Program-made: the position numbers and the translations under genes
The notes under the pieces: model-generated
Databases searched by the model: none
What the model saw: only the letters and a program-made list of their open reading frames with translations
Told to the model about the DNA's origin: nothing
Origin: a virus
Lineage: Duplodnaviria > Heunggongvirae > Uroviricota > Caudoviricetes
IMG/VR virus record: IMGVR_UViG_648276647_000006
Span: 1 to 56,868 of that record
Length of the DNA stretch: 56,868 bases
Strand: one strand, 5' to 3'
Part shown: positions 42,646 to 51,806 of the stretch, piece by piece
Numbering within the stretch: position 1 is the first letter of the stretch
How the letters are laid out: each line of letters starts with the position of its first letter

Positions 42646-43920
42646 ACGGCAAACATTCCCAATTCACAGAGTCCGACCTAAACCACATGAAGCGGCTTAG
42701 GAATTACAGACTCTCCAAGGGCTAACACTGCCAGCCCGGCAGCTTTTATATTACGGGCCGCGTTAATATCACGATCATGCTCTGCGCCACATTCCGGGCA
42801 GTGCCATTTACGAATATTAAGAGGCATTTTTTGCATGGTGAAGCCGCAACTGCTGCAACGTTTGGAAGAAGGGAAATACTGGTCGATAGCGACAATGCTA
42901 CGTCCACCCCATTCTCCTTTGTACTGGAGTTGGCGTACAAGTTCGCTCCAGCCTGCGTCAGCTATTGCTTTAGACAGCTTCGGGTTACGGATCATGTTTT
43001 TCACTTTAAGGGATTCGACGCAAACAACTTGGTTTTCGTTAATCAGTTTGCGGGACAACTTATGCAGGTTATCCATCCGACAATCGACTATTCTCGCGTG
43101 GAGGCGGGCAACCTTTAAACGTGCTTTGGCGCGGTTCTTTGAGCCTTTTTGTTTCTTGCTCAATCTGCGCTGTAACACTGCTAATCGCTTCGCGTATTTA
43201 GCGTTGTGTCGAGGATTGCCAGTTTTGAAACCGGTATCGGTGACGAACAAATCTTTTAAACCAATATCAATGCCGACCGTGGAAACGGTGATCGGCAGTG
43301 ATACAGGCTCAAACTCGCAGAGACAGGATACAAAATATCGTCCGGCAGCATCCCTGGTGATAGTGACAGTGGATGGAGCAGACGGCAACGGACGGCTCCA
43401 GCGAACATCTAACGGCTCTTTGCTCTTTGCCATGTACAGCTTGCCGTCACGGTATTTAAATGCGCTGGCAGTTAGTTCTGCGGCCTGTTTATGCCGCTTG
43501 CTCTTAAAAACTGGGTATGCAGCACGCCCGGCGAAAAAGTTAGCAAAAGCCGTTTGTTGGTGGCGCAGAGACTGCTGGAGGGGGACGCAGGAAACGTCAT
43601 TCAGCCAAGCGAATTCTGGTTCTTTTTTCAGTGCCGTTAATTTGGCGCTGGCTTGTGCATAGCCGACCCTCTCATGGCGTGCGTAGTACGCATCGGTGCG
43701 CCAGCGAAGGAGGCTGTTATAGACAAAACGCACACACCCAAAAGTCCGGGCTAATAGCTCGGTTTGTTCGGGAGTTGGATAGAATCGATATTTATAGGCA
43801 CGCTTCATGTTCTATATAATACATTGAAACTAATGAGTATATAAATGAATACACGGACGAAAATGTTATCAAAGCCAATATACCAACAGACATTAGGTAA
43901 GGTAGCTGGAGGGCAATATA
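42646..43920 (-). mobile_element. IS200/IS605-family TnpB-only (IS1341-like) element, ends not resolved
   Basis: A single tnpB with no tnpA, wedged between two conserved head genes; extent taken as the whole intergenic interval. Confidence 0.5.
42678..43808 (-). CDS. tnpB: TnpB RNA-guided endonuclease (OrfB)
   Basis: ORF track 376 aa; RuvC-I VGIDIGLKDL, RuvC-II E in VVCVESLKV, zinc finger CSSCGF...CPECGAEHDRDINAARNI. Confidence 0.9.
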   Translation of the reverse strand: MKRAYKYRFYPTPEQTELLARTFGCVRFVYNSLLRWRTDAYYARHERVGYAQASAKLTALKKEPEFAWLNDVSCVPLQQSLRHQQTAFANFFAGRAAYPVFKSKRHKQAAELTASAFKYRDGKLYMAKSKEPLDVRWSRPLPSAPSTVTITRDAAGRYFVSCLCEFEPVSLPITVSTVGIDIGLKDLFVTDTGFKTGNPRHNAKYAKRLAVLQRRLSKKQKGSKNRAKARLKVARLHARIVDCRMDNLHKLSRKLINENQVVCVESLKVKNMIRNPKLSKAIADAGWSELVRQLQYKGEWGGRSIVAIDQYFPSSKRCSSCGFTMQKMPLNIRKWHCPECGAEHDRDINAARNIKAAGLAVLALGESVIPKPLHVV

Positions 43921-44940
43921 ATGACTGATGTTTTGAAAACGGTCACTGACCGCTTTTGTCTCTATAGCAATGCTCGAAAAGGTCGCCAGAACGGGCGACA
44001 GTATGTATTAAGCGCGGTAAAGACCATGCTTGAAAGCAAGGAAACTCAGGAAGGTTTACGCCTTGGTGAGCTTTTCGGCTATTACGGTCACGGTCGCCGA
44101 CAGCTGACCGGCAAACTGGAAGTACCAGAAACCAGCGTGATCATGGTGGAAGGTCGCCCGGTCGTAATCGACAATGTTCCAGCGTGCCGAACAGTGGCTA
44201 TATCTGTTGACGACAACGGCATCGTTACCCATACACAGGAAATTCTTAACACAGAGCCGGGTAAAATTGTCGCCGCGATGATCGAAAGCCGAGCTGGTGG
44301 CTGGAGCTGGGCCACTGGCGGGCGCGAGTCCGGGAAAATTGCTGTAACCACCAGCTTCCATGGTGTGGATTATGTGACAACGCCGAACTATATCAGTCTG
44401 GATCATCCTGCCAGCGCCGGAATGTTTGAAAGCGCGGATTCTAAATCTCTACTGGCAGAGTCCCTGGCGGCGCATGGGTACTCCGACGAGTCAGTGCAGG
44501 CAGTTATATCCCATTACGGCAAAATGGCTGAACTGGAAATGATGGTGGAGGCGACAGAGCGTACGGCAGAACTGGAAACCGCACTACTCGAAAGCCAGGG
44601 CCGCCACCTCGAAGCAATGGCCAAGATCGCAGATGCTGAAGCGCGAATCGCTTTGCTGGAGGAAACAGCGGGTATCCGCGACGATGTGCTGGCAGCAATG
44701 CAAGACGAACTGGATAACCTCCCGATTTTCGTCTCCGCCGCCCAAAAAGACGCATTCCGCCTCAAAGAACCTGGTGATGCAAAAATCGTTGCCACACTTT
44801 TCGAATCTCTGATCAAAGTTGGCGCACGCAACTTGCCTGTTACCAAGAAAATTAAGGAGGTTCCGCAAGCGGCTAACGTCCAGGCACCGCGTGAGACAAG
44901 CATCATCACGTTTAATAATTCAATCAATCCGTTTAAATAA
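43921..44940 (+). CDS. pro: head maturation protease/scaffold-like protein (pro position in P1)
   Basis: ORF track 339 aa; GGAGGG RBS; coiled-coil C-terminal half; assignment from synteny. Confidence 0.6.
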   Translation: MTDVLKTVTDRFCLYSNARKGRQNGRQYVLSAVKTMLESKETQEGLRLGELFGYYGHGRRQLTGKLEVPETSVIMVEGRPVVIDNVPACRTVAISVDDNGIVTHTQEILNTEPGKIVAAMIESRAGGWSWATGGRESGKIAVTTSFHGVDYVTTPNYISLDHPASAGMFESADSKSLLAESLAAHGYSDESVQAVISHYGKMAELEMMVEATERTAELETALLESQGRHLEAMAKIADAEARIALLEETAGIRDDVLAAMQDELDNLPIFVSAAQKDAFRLKEPGDAKIVATLFESLIKVGARNLPVTKKIKEVPQAANVQAPRETSIITFNNSINPFK

Positions 44941-44951
44941 CCATCAAAAAT

Positions 44952-44973
44952 AACCCCGGCGGCTGCCGGGGTT
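44952..44973. terminator. bidirectional hairpin terminator
   Basis: AACCCCGGC-GGCT-GCCGGGGTT between convergent pro and lysis genes. Confidence 0.6.
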
Positions 44974-44984
44974 CTCGTTAACTA

Positions 44985-45239
44985 TTATCGCCTTCGTCTG
45001 CGTGCCATATATTTTCGCACCGCGCGACGTGGGCAATCTGAAGCGGTTTCTTTCTGCTGCATCAATCTTGCAGCCATGCTCAAAAATGTCAGGCACAGCC
45101 GAAGCCCGGCATATAATAGCGGTTCCAGTGGCCACGTCTCATTGAGCACATATACCGCCATGAAAATCGAGTCGAAAACTATCGCCGCCAGCGATAACTT
45201 CATTGTCGAAAGTCGGCGGAGCTGCCGGAGTTTATTCAT
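44985..45239 (-). CDS. small membrane protein of the lysis region
   Basis: ORF track 84 aa; hydrophobic core; overlaps the lyz stop. Confidence 0.5.
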   Translation of the reverse strand: MNKLRQLRRLSTMKLSLAAIVFDSIFMAVYVLNETWPLEPLLYAGLRLCLTFLSMAARLMQQKETASDCPRRAVRKYMARRRRR

Positions 45240-45789
45240 TGAACAGCCCCGTCAGGCAAAGCTGGCGTTCTTTTTCACGGCGAATCTTTAACCCAGGCAG
45301 GGGGACGCCGTTACTGTTCACAAAATCAGGGAGATGGTTACACATATTCACCCATTCCCCTTTCTGCGCCCACTTGTGGATGGACGTTTCTACTCGCATG
45401 CCTCGCGCTTTGCTGTAGTAGGTCCGTAAACTATTGCATCCCATATTGAATGCCGCGCTTGTCATTGCGCTGAAGGCATTATCGGGCATGTCTTTGCCCC
45501 GGAAGTGCTGGTTAATACAGCGTTCAGCGAACAGGATATTCTTTTCCCAATCAGCGGCGATTTGCTGGTCGGTTTTTCGCACGCCTGGCGTTACCCCGTG
45601 TGTATTACCAATCCCGTCAGTCCATACACCCGCCGGGCACATGTATGGATCACGTCGGCAACCTTCAGCGTTTCCGATAAGCTCAAGCCCCGCCTGGTTG
45701 GTTCGTACATTGCCATTACCCATCACGATGGTAATCATCACCGCGATAGCGCAAATTGCACCGCCTCCTGCGGCTGTTTTTCCCTTCAT
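45232..45789 (-). CDS. lyz: SAR-type endolysin (T4-lysozyme fold)
   Basis: Start at internal Met of track ORF 45232..45888; N-terminal signal-anchor AAGGGAICAIAVMITIVMG followed by catalytic-region motif DGIGNTHGVTPG; 185 aa as I recall for P1 Lyz. Confidence 0.85.
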   Translation of the reverse strand: MKGKTAAGGGAICAIAVMITIVMGNGNVRTNQAGLELIGNAEGCRRDPYMCPAGVWTDGIGNTHGVTPGVRKTDQQIAADWEKNILFAERCINQHFRGKDMPDNAFSAMTSAAFNMGCNSLRTYYSKARGMRVETSIHKWAQKGEWVNMCNHLPDFVNSNGVPLPGLKIRREKERQLCLTGLFNE

Positions 45790-45883
45790 AAAGACCTCAT
45801 AAGCGAATTTTTTACGCTCCAGGACAAACACCCATTCACAGCCAATACCGACTGACTCGATCCCTTTAGAAGGCACAGGATAA

Positions 45884-45900
45884 TGCAAATCACTTGTTAG
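45884..45900 (-). promoter_or_regulatory. candidate late promoter element
   Basis: Minus-strand TAACAAGTGATTTGC about 100 nt upstream of lyz. Confidence 0.3.
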
Positions 45901-45922
45901 CTACGTTTCAAAGATATACATT

Positions 45923-45939
45923 ATTGCTCTAATTAATTT
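45923..45939 (+). promoter_or_regulatory. C1 operator upstream of ssb
   Basis: ATTGCTCTAATTAATTT. Confidence 0.7.
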
Positions 45940-45958
45940 ATTTTATTAGGTAAGATAA

Positions 45959-46447
45959 GTGGCACAACGCGGTGTAAACAAAGTCATCCTGATTGGTACC
46001 CTGGGGCAAGACCCGGAGATCAGGTATATACCAAATGGCGGCGCGGTCGGAAGACTCAGCATCGCAACGAATGAATCATGGCGCGACAAGCAAACGGGCC
46101 AACAGAAAGAGCAAACAGAATGGCATAAAGTCGTTTTGTTCGGAAAACTTGCTGAAATTGCGAGTGAGTATTTACGAAAAGGTTCTCAGGTATACATCGA
46201 AGGGAAACTTAAAACCCGTAAGTGGACAGATGACGCCGGTGTAGAACGTTACACGACGGAAATTATCGTCAGCCAGGGCGGCACCATGCAAATGATCGGC
46301 GCTCGCCGTGACGATTCACAGTCCTCAAATGGCTGGGAGCAATCAAACCAACCTCAAAACCACCAGCAATACAGTGGTGGCGGTAAACCTCAGAGCAACG
46401 CCAATAACGAACCTCCAATGGACTTTGACGACGATATTCCGTTCTGA
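45959..46447 (+). CDS. ssb: single-stranded DNA-binding protein
   Basis: ORF track 162 aa; OB-fold N-terminus [19 protein letters not shown], Gly/Gln-rich linker, acidic tail DFDDDIPF. Confidence 0.95.
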   Translation: MAQRGVNKVILIGTLGQDPEIRYIPNGGAVGRLSIATNESWRDKQTGQQKEQTEWHKVVLFGKLAEIASEYLRKGSQVYIEGKLKTRKWTDDAGVERYTTEIIVSQGGTMQMIGARRDDSQSSNGWEQSNQPQNHQQYSGGGKPQSNANNEPPMDFDDDIPF

Positions 46448-46643
46448 ATGTGTAAAAAACGACTGAAAGAAAAGCGGTGGTCCAGACGCCGACAAAAGCA
46501 CGAACTCGCTAAAAAACGCCAAAGCTGGCAATGGCACGCGCTTTTCACGAAAAGAACACCCCGAGGCATTGCTTTCGCTGGTGGGAAAACATTCCTCCCC
46601 ACCTGAAGGCGCAATACATCAAATTTTAAGCAGAGAAAAGACT

Positions 46644-47324
46644 ATGAATAAAATGGCAACGAAAGAGCTTTTTAAGTTCCTTCCCAAATACAAAGCTCAC
46701 AAAATCGTTAGTGCATCGAAAATCAAAGATATCGAGATTATCTCATTGATTGATAATACCCCTGCTTGTGGCTATATCACATTAATGGACCCCCAAGGCG
46801 TAACGGTTCGTGTTGATGCAGCGTTTTTGCAAAAACACCGACCAGATACTGGCGGCTATCTGCTCGGTTATGAGGACGGTTATCTGTCCTATTCACCAGA
46901 AAAAACATTTGAAGAAGGCTTTAGTCGGACTAACGACTTCTTCGAAAATGAGGTATCGCTTAGCATTGAAGGTCACAATGGGGTGACATTCATTACAGCC
47001 AGGGACGTAACTATTTCTGCTGGCGGTATCGCTACGCTACAAGAAGAAATCGACCTTGAAGCAGCCGACTTTTCTGACGCGCTGATGTGGCTGAAGGATG
47101 GCAAGAAAGTTGCTCGACGCGGGTGGAACGGCGAAAACCAATTCTGCTGGCTGGTTCCTGAAGGACAGAACCCGGCACGAATGGAAGCCATTAAGGGATA
47201 TTTCCCCGGCGACCTCGTTCCGTATGGTGCTTATTTCGCCTTAAAAAATGCACAAGGTGTAGTTGTTCCGTGGGTTCCTTCTGTAGGCGACTTACTGGCA
47301 TGTGACTGGTTTGTAGTGGAGTGA
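46644..47324 (+). CDS. DUF2829 (Tad2-like fold) domain protein
   Basis: C-terminal ALMWLKDGKKVARRGWNG...VPWVPSVGDLLACDWFVV matches the DUF2829 hallmark; start taken at an internal Met of track ORF 46569..47324. Confidence 0.65.
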   Translation: MNKMATKELFKFLPKYKAHKIVSASKIKDIEIISLIDNTPACGYITLMDPQGVTVRVDAAFLQKHRPDTGGYLLGYEDGYLSYSPEKTFEEGFSRTNDFFENEVSLSIEGHNGVTFITARDVTISAGGIATLQEEIDLEAADFSDALMWLKDGKKVARRGWNGENQFCWLVPEGQNPARMEAIKGYFPGDLVPYGAYFALKNAQGVVVPWVPSVGDLLACDWFVVE

Positions 47325-47330
47325 TTTAAC

Positions 47331-48113
47331 GTGGAAAATACTAAAGCAATTCAATACCGCCTGCGTAATGGCCAGAGTGTCGAAGTGACCATCAATAATG
47401 ATGGAGTACCTGGCGAAAAGGTTTCTATCTCTGCTCTGGCTATCGAAAAAACCATCATGTGCCACCTTGGCTTTACTGAAGAAGTGAGCAAAAAGCATGG
47501 TGTAGCAATCTGGAGCGCAATGGATACTGGTATGCGCAAATTCATTACTGCTCGTACCCCAGGGATGACCATGATGGACCTCATGCAGATTGCGCCGCTG
47601 TTTGAATGTGAGCCTTTAGATGTATTCAGCAATCCAGCTATCTGCCAGCAGTTATATGGTGAGATGAAACTCGCGGTTACCCCCATTGTGCTGCATGAAG
47701 GATCGCTTGCTGGCGTGTGGAAAGTGGAGCGTATTTCAAGCTACATGCCTTTCCATGTCAACGGCGTAATCACTGGTGAAAATCAACCTGTTTCCGTTAT
47801 AAAGTCAGACCTCAAGCGCGCAATTCTTGAAGCAAGTTGTCGAATTGTCGGCCTGGGCAAACAGTCTTATGTTTCCTTCCCGGCTGGCCCTGAAGGCCCG
47901 GCAGAAATTCTGATTATGGATGCCGATCTGCTATGGCAAATACAGTTTCTGATTGGCAAAAGCATCATCCGCGCTGAAGAACTCGATCAGTACATTACCT
48001 GCACGATGACGGATGAAGTCAAAAGTGTGGCTATAGCCAATGCCCGGAACCTATGTCGTGCTGCATTAACAGAACTGCAAGAAAACACCACGGAAGAAGT
48101 GGAAAGCGATTAA
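47331..48113 (+). CDS. hypothetical protein
   Basis: ORF track 260 aa; GTG start with GGAGTGA RBS. Confidence 0.6.
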   Translation: MENTKAIQYRLRNGQSVEVTINNDGVPGEKVSISALAIEKTIMCHLGFTEEVSKKHGVAIWSAMDTGMRKFITARTPGMTMMDLMQIAPLFECEPLDVFSNPAICQQLYGEMKLAVTPIVLHEGSLAGVWKVERISSYMPFHVNGVITGENQPVSVIKSDLKRAILEASCRIVGLGKQSYVSFPAGPEGPAEILIMDADLLWQIQFLIGKSIIRAEELDQYITCTMTDEVKSVAIANARNLCRAALTELQENTTEEVESD

Positions 48114-48145
48114 AAAAAATCCCGCCAATTGGCGGGATTTCTTCA
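48113..48145. terminator. bidirectional terminator
   Basis: A8-TCCCGCC-AATT-GGCGGGA-TTTCTT. Confidence 0.7.
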
Positions 48146-48451
48146 ATATACGATCTGGTCTACATGATCACCAAAATCATCGTCGTCGTCCTCATCGCCA
48201 CCATCTACTGCTGGCCAATCAACAAACCAGCCAGCGTAAAGATGCAGCGTTCGGAGAACATCACTTGCGGGAACATCAAGGGTGTTAACGAATCCCATAT
48301 AGCTATTGGGATTTGCCCCAGCTATGGCTTCAGCGATCATGTCCTCGGTAATGTCACCGGAGATAATGCTTAAACGCCCGGAAACTTCTTCATTATCATC
48401 AAATTCGATAATGGCATCTCCACCTAATGGCGCTGCGATTTTAATCTGCAT
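48143..48451 (-). CDS. hypothetical protein (hdf position in the P1 dar operon)
   Basis: ORF track 102 aa; last gene of a long minus-strand operon. Confidence 0.5.
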   Translation of the reverse strand: MQIKIAAPLGGDAIIEFDDNEEVSGRLSIISGDITEDMIAEAIAGANPNSYMGFVNTLDVPASDVLRTLHLYAGWFVDWPAVDGGDEDDDDDFGDHVDQIVY

Positions 48452-51428
48452 TATTTAGCTCCTTTGCCACACCTAATAACAGTTCCAGCAATCCGTCACC
48501 ATTCATCAGTGATGCGGCAGCGGCCTCTTTGTCATGATACAACTGAAGAGCCATAGAGAATACTTCCGTTGCTGACGTTTTGGAAATAGTCGGTGATTTC
48601 TGCCGAATTTTCCCGGTGTTACTTACTGAGGCTGGCGGGTATACCTTCGCCATATAAATATTACTCAATCGAGATCTGAAGCACCATTCAGGCTTGCCAC
48701 GCCCACCGATATTGACGAAAGATGGCTTATCCCCTTCAACATTGGCCTTCAGGAATGACCGGGCTTTCTCTAACAAACCAGGGTTACTGTACTCAAGATG
48801 ATGACCCAGCTCGTGCCACAGTGCACTTGCATTTTCATCGTTCAAATTGACAGCAACAACACCATTTAGATTTGCATATGCCCTTCCCTGGTGGTGAACT
48901 ACCTTTGATAAGGTCGATATTTTCCCGCCGGTCAGGCGATAAATATCAGCAAGTTCCTTGCGCAGGTCTATCCCACCATTCTGTCCAGCGCGGGCTTCTT
49001 CCACTTCTTCTGTGATAAAAGAGTCAGCCCACTCAAGAGCTTTTTCTTCAGATACGGATGAGTTTGCGATCGCACTGTTCATGGCAGATAACACTTTCTC
49101 GTGGACCGAACCCATACTTCGCTGATTCATTTGCCAGCGTGTCTGCGGGTTATATGAGAATCGCTTAAGTAGTTGGTCAAGCTGCTCAAGTTCTTCTTCA
49201 CTGACATACTTTTTAGCCTCACCAATAATGCCAGGGAGAATATTGCCGTTAGGATTAAACGCTCGCGAAAGGAAGAGTTTCAGCGCCCCCATGCCCTCCG
49301 ATGCTTCAATATCACCAATAACCCGGTTAACAATGGCCGCACTCTTCGGATTAGCATCCGCCAACGCTCTGGCTACGATTTGCAGGGACGATACGACCTC
49401 ACGCTGCATATCAGTCCTGATCTCATCAATAAGCTCTGGCGTTATGCCGTGCTCTTTAAGGATATCCCGGCCTTCCGCCGTTACCCCATCGATATCACCG
49501 ACATGTTTATTAACACGACTTTGCAATGCCTTAAATGCCTTCAGAATTCCACGGGCATCATCCGCTTTACTAACGGCCTTCCTGAATGCTGGCAAGAAGT
49601 CTGAGTTAACCTCATTTTGTTGATCGGCCCACTGAATGGAGGCTTCTTTCATCTCGTCCAGAGTCAGATCACCCAACGCGGTATGGTCTGTGAATATGAG
49701 CGACAACCTCTGAACCATTTCTGCCAATGGTGATGCCGAATGCGCCGCGCTAAGGAATGCTTTCACCCTGGTTGGGCGAATGGAAAACCAGTCAATAGCT
49801 GGTGGCATATCTCCGTTTTTTATCGCCTGCGCTATCTCGTCAAAGCCATCGCGCCCAAGGGAGGATGCGTGATTTAACAAGCCGCGAAGTAACGAATTGC
49901 TGATACCGAATAATCGGCACCATTTTTTCACGTCGGCAACAGGCATTCGAACAAAATGCGCAAGCACTTGTACAAGCTGTTCATCCTGGGGATCTGTGCG
50001 GGAAAGCAGCCTGATCAGATGAATAATGTCTTTGATGCCGGATGCCCGATGTAATAGCAAACTGGTATACGGAGCAACACCGTTGTAACTACCGCCGGAA
50101 ACGGACTCGAAAAGACCGCCGGATATCCCTTGCATGCCTTCGTTTTCCAGTTCCTGAGACACCTGGCGAAGGATATCCTGTAACGACACATCGCCGCCGC
50201 CAAACATATCCCCCAGCGCCTGGCCCTGGTGCTGTAACTCATCATTGATACGTTGAGCCATCAACTTAAAGGCGGTGGCCATACGCTTCGCGCTACGGTT
50301 ATTCGCGACGATGAACAACGCGAGTGCTTTCACTTCCGGGGCCGTTTCGCTGAACATATCCCCCTGAGCAATAACATCGGTAATATGCTGGCCTGACTCC
50401 TTCGATTGCCTTACCAGGTCTACCGCATCTTTCAATGCCTCCAGCGCCTTTTTATCGAGGCTATCCGCTGTCTCAATGCCATCAACAATAGTTGTCACAG
50501 CCTGCTTGTGCGCTTCTCCTGATAAAGCCTGCATCTGGACAAAATCATTGGCTGCCGCATTAAGCGCCGTCAGAACATTACGCATATCCGGATCAGGTTC
50601 TTCTGCAACCATCCTTACCAGGCGCGCATCCTTATATGCCTTGGCAAAGATCGCGTTTTGTATACGGTCTACAAGTTGCCGTGTTGGTCGCCCATCTTCA
50701 GTTACAAGGCCAGCCGCCTGTGTGGCACCAACTTGCGTCATAAATCCGCGAATAAACGCGTCATTACTGCGGCTAAGCAGATCTCCGCTTTCTGACGGGT
50801 TAAAAAGCGCCATCATCGCCGGTGTTATGCTGTCGGCATCAACAAAAGCTTTTTCACTGGCTGCCATTTCCTGAAGATCAGAAATATTTGAGTCCTTGGC
50901 AAACTGAACGCGGTCAACCTTAGTTAACCGGCGGCGCACCAGTACCGGAGCCGTCATTGATTCAACCTTTTCAGGTCGTATGCCGAATTCGGTCGCATGA
51001 TCAATCAGGTACTCACGATACCGATCCGCATTGCCGTCCTGATAGGCTTTGATGATCCCCATGGTCCGTCCATTACCTGACTCAACGGCATTGTCCTCAC
51101 CAATTATCGGCGCACCATGGCTGGATAAACCGGAATCAGTAAGCTGAGCTGGCCGCAAATCTTTGGATATCTGGTTAACCTGAAGAAGGCTGGATGCGCG
51201 GGTCCGGTCGCGCGGCTGAAGTTCCTGGGGATAGTCAGGATTAATTTTCCCATCCAGAGTATTGGATACCAAAAGAGCTGAGGCATCGACGATATCAAAC
51301 GCTGTTTTTACCTCGTCTCCCTTCGCTGTCACCACATACGAAACCCGCCCATAATCGGGCAGGTTCTTTAGCAGCTCGATCAGCGTTTCTATGCTGGTGG
51401 CCATTACCACCTGATCGCTTAAGCTCAT
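48441..51428 (-). CDS. large virion-associated protein with HExxH zincin motif (DdrB-like)
   Basis: ORF track 995 aa; HELGHHLE near the C-terminus; size fits P1 DdrB as I recall it. Confidence 0.65.
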   Translation of the reverse strand: MSLSDQVVMATSIETLIELLKNLPDYGRVSYVVTAKGDEVKTAFDIVDASALLVSNTLDGKINPDYPQELQPRDRTRASSLLQVNQISKDLRPAQLTDSGLSSHGAPIIGEDNAVESGNGRTMGIIKAYQDGNADRYREYLIDHATEFGIRPEKVESMTAPVLVRRRLTKVDRVQFAKDSNISDLQEMAASEKAFVDADSITPAMMALFNPSESGDLLSRSNDAFIRGFMTQVGATQAAGLVTEDGRPTRQLVDRIQNAIFAKAYKDARLVRMVAEEPDPDMRNVLTALNAAANDFVQMQALSGEAHKQAVTTIVDGIETADSLDKKALEALKDAVDLVRQSKESGQHITDVIAQGDMFSETAPEVKALALFIVANNRSAKRMATAFKLMAQRINDELQHQGQALGDMFGGGDVSLQDILRQVSQELENEGMQGISGGLFESVSGGSYNGVAPYTSLLLHRASGIKDIIHLIRLLSRTDPQDEQLVQVLAHFVRMPVADVKKWCRLFGISNSLLRGLLNHASSLGRDGFDEIAQAIKNGDMPPAIDWFSIRPTRVKAFLSAAHSASPLAEMVQRLSLIFTDHTALGDLTLDEMKEASIQWADQQNEVNSDFLPAFRKAVSKADDARGILKAFKALQSRVNKHVGDIDGVTAEGRDILKEHGITPELIDEIRTDMQREVVSSLQIVARALADANPKSAAIVNRVIGDIEASEGMGALKLFLSRAFNPNGNILPGIIGEAKKYVSEEELEQLDQLLKRFSYNPQTRWQMNQRSMGSVHEKVLSAMNSAIANSSVSEEKALEWADSFITEEVEEARAGQNGGIDLRKELADIYRLTGGKISTLSKVVHHQGRAYANLNGVVAVNLNDENASALWHELGHHLEYSNPGLLEKARSFLKANVEGDKPSFVNIGGRGKPEWCFRSRLSNIYMAKVYPPASVSNTGKIRQKSPTISKTSATEVFSMALQLYHDKEAAAASLMNGDGLLELLLGVAKELNNAD

Positions 51429-51440
51429 CCCTGTTACGCC

Positions 51441-51806
51441 TTATGCTGCCTCTTTAATGTTGGCGGCTATCCATGCCGCCGTGTGCTGTTTAACCTGGTC
51501 CAGGTCGATGTATGTGCCAACATATTGACTCAAATCCTGCAAGGTACCGATAAATGCATCGGTGCTCTGATCGACGAATTTATCAGCCAGGAAATCAGCA
51601 ACCAGTTTTGGCACACCATCATGTACCGAAGGTTGTTTTTCCTCGCCACTACTGCCGCCGGACACACCGTACCCCATCTGTTGCATGATCTGGTCAATTT
51701 CATCGCTGATATCCAGCAACTCCATGCCACTCGCGGTAGCCGCTTTGGACATCAGAGCATCCAACTTATCGCTGAGATCCATTAACTCAATAGCTGATAG
51801 TGTCAT
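51441..51806 (-). CDS. hypothetical protein (DdrA-like position)
   Basis: ORF track 121 aa. Confidence 0.5.
   Translation of the reverse strand: MTLSAIELMDLSDKLDALMSKAATASGMELLDISDEIDQIMQQMGYGVSGGSSGEEKQPSVHDGVPKLVADFLADKFVDQSTDAFIGTLQDLSQYVGTYIDLDQVKQHTAAWIAANIKEAA

Noticed and set aside
42777-43662. Long plus-strand ORFs (113 and 275 aa) antisense to tnpB
   Set aside because: Shadow ORFs of a GC-richer gene; the minus-strand frame carries the complete RuvC and zinc-finger motifs.
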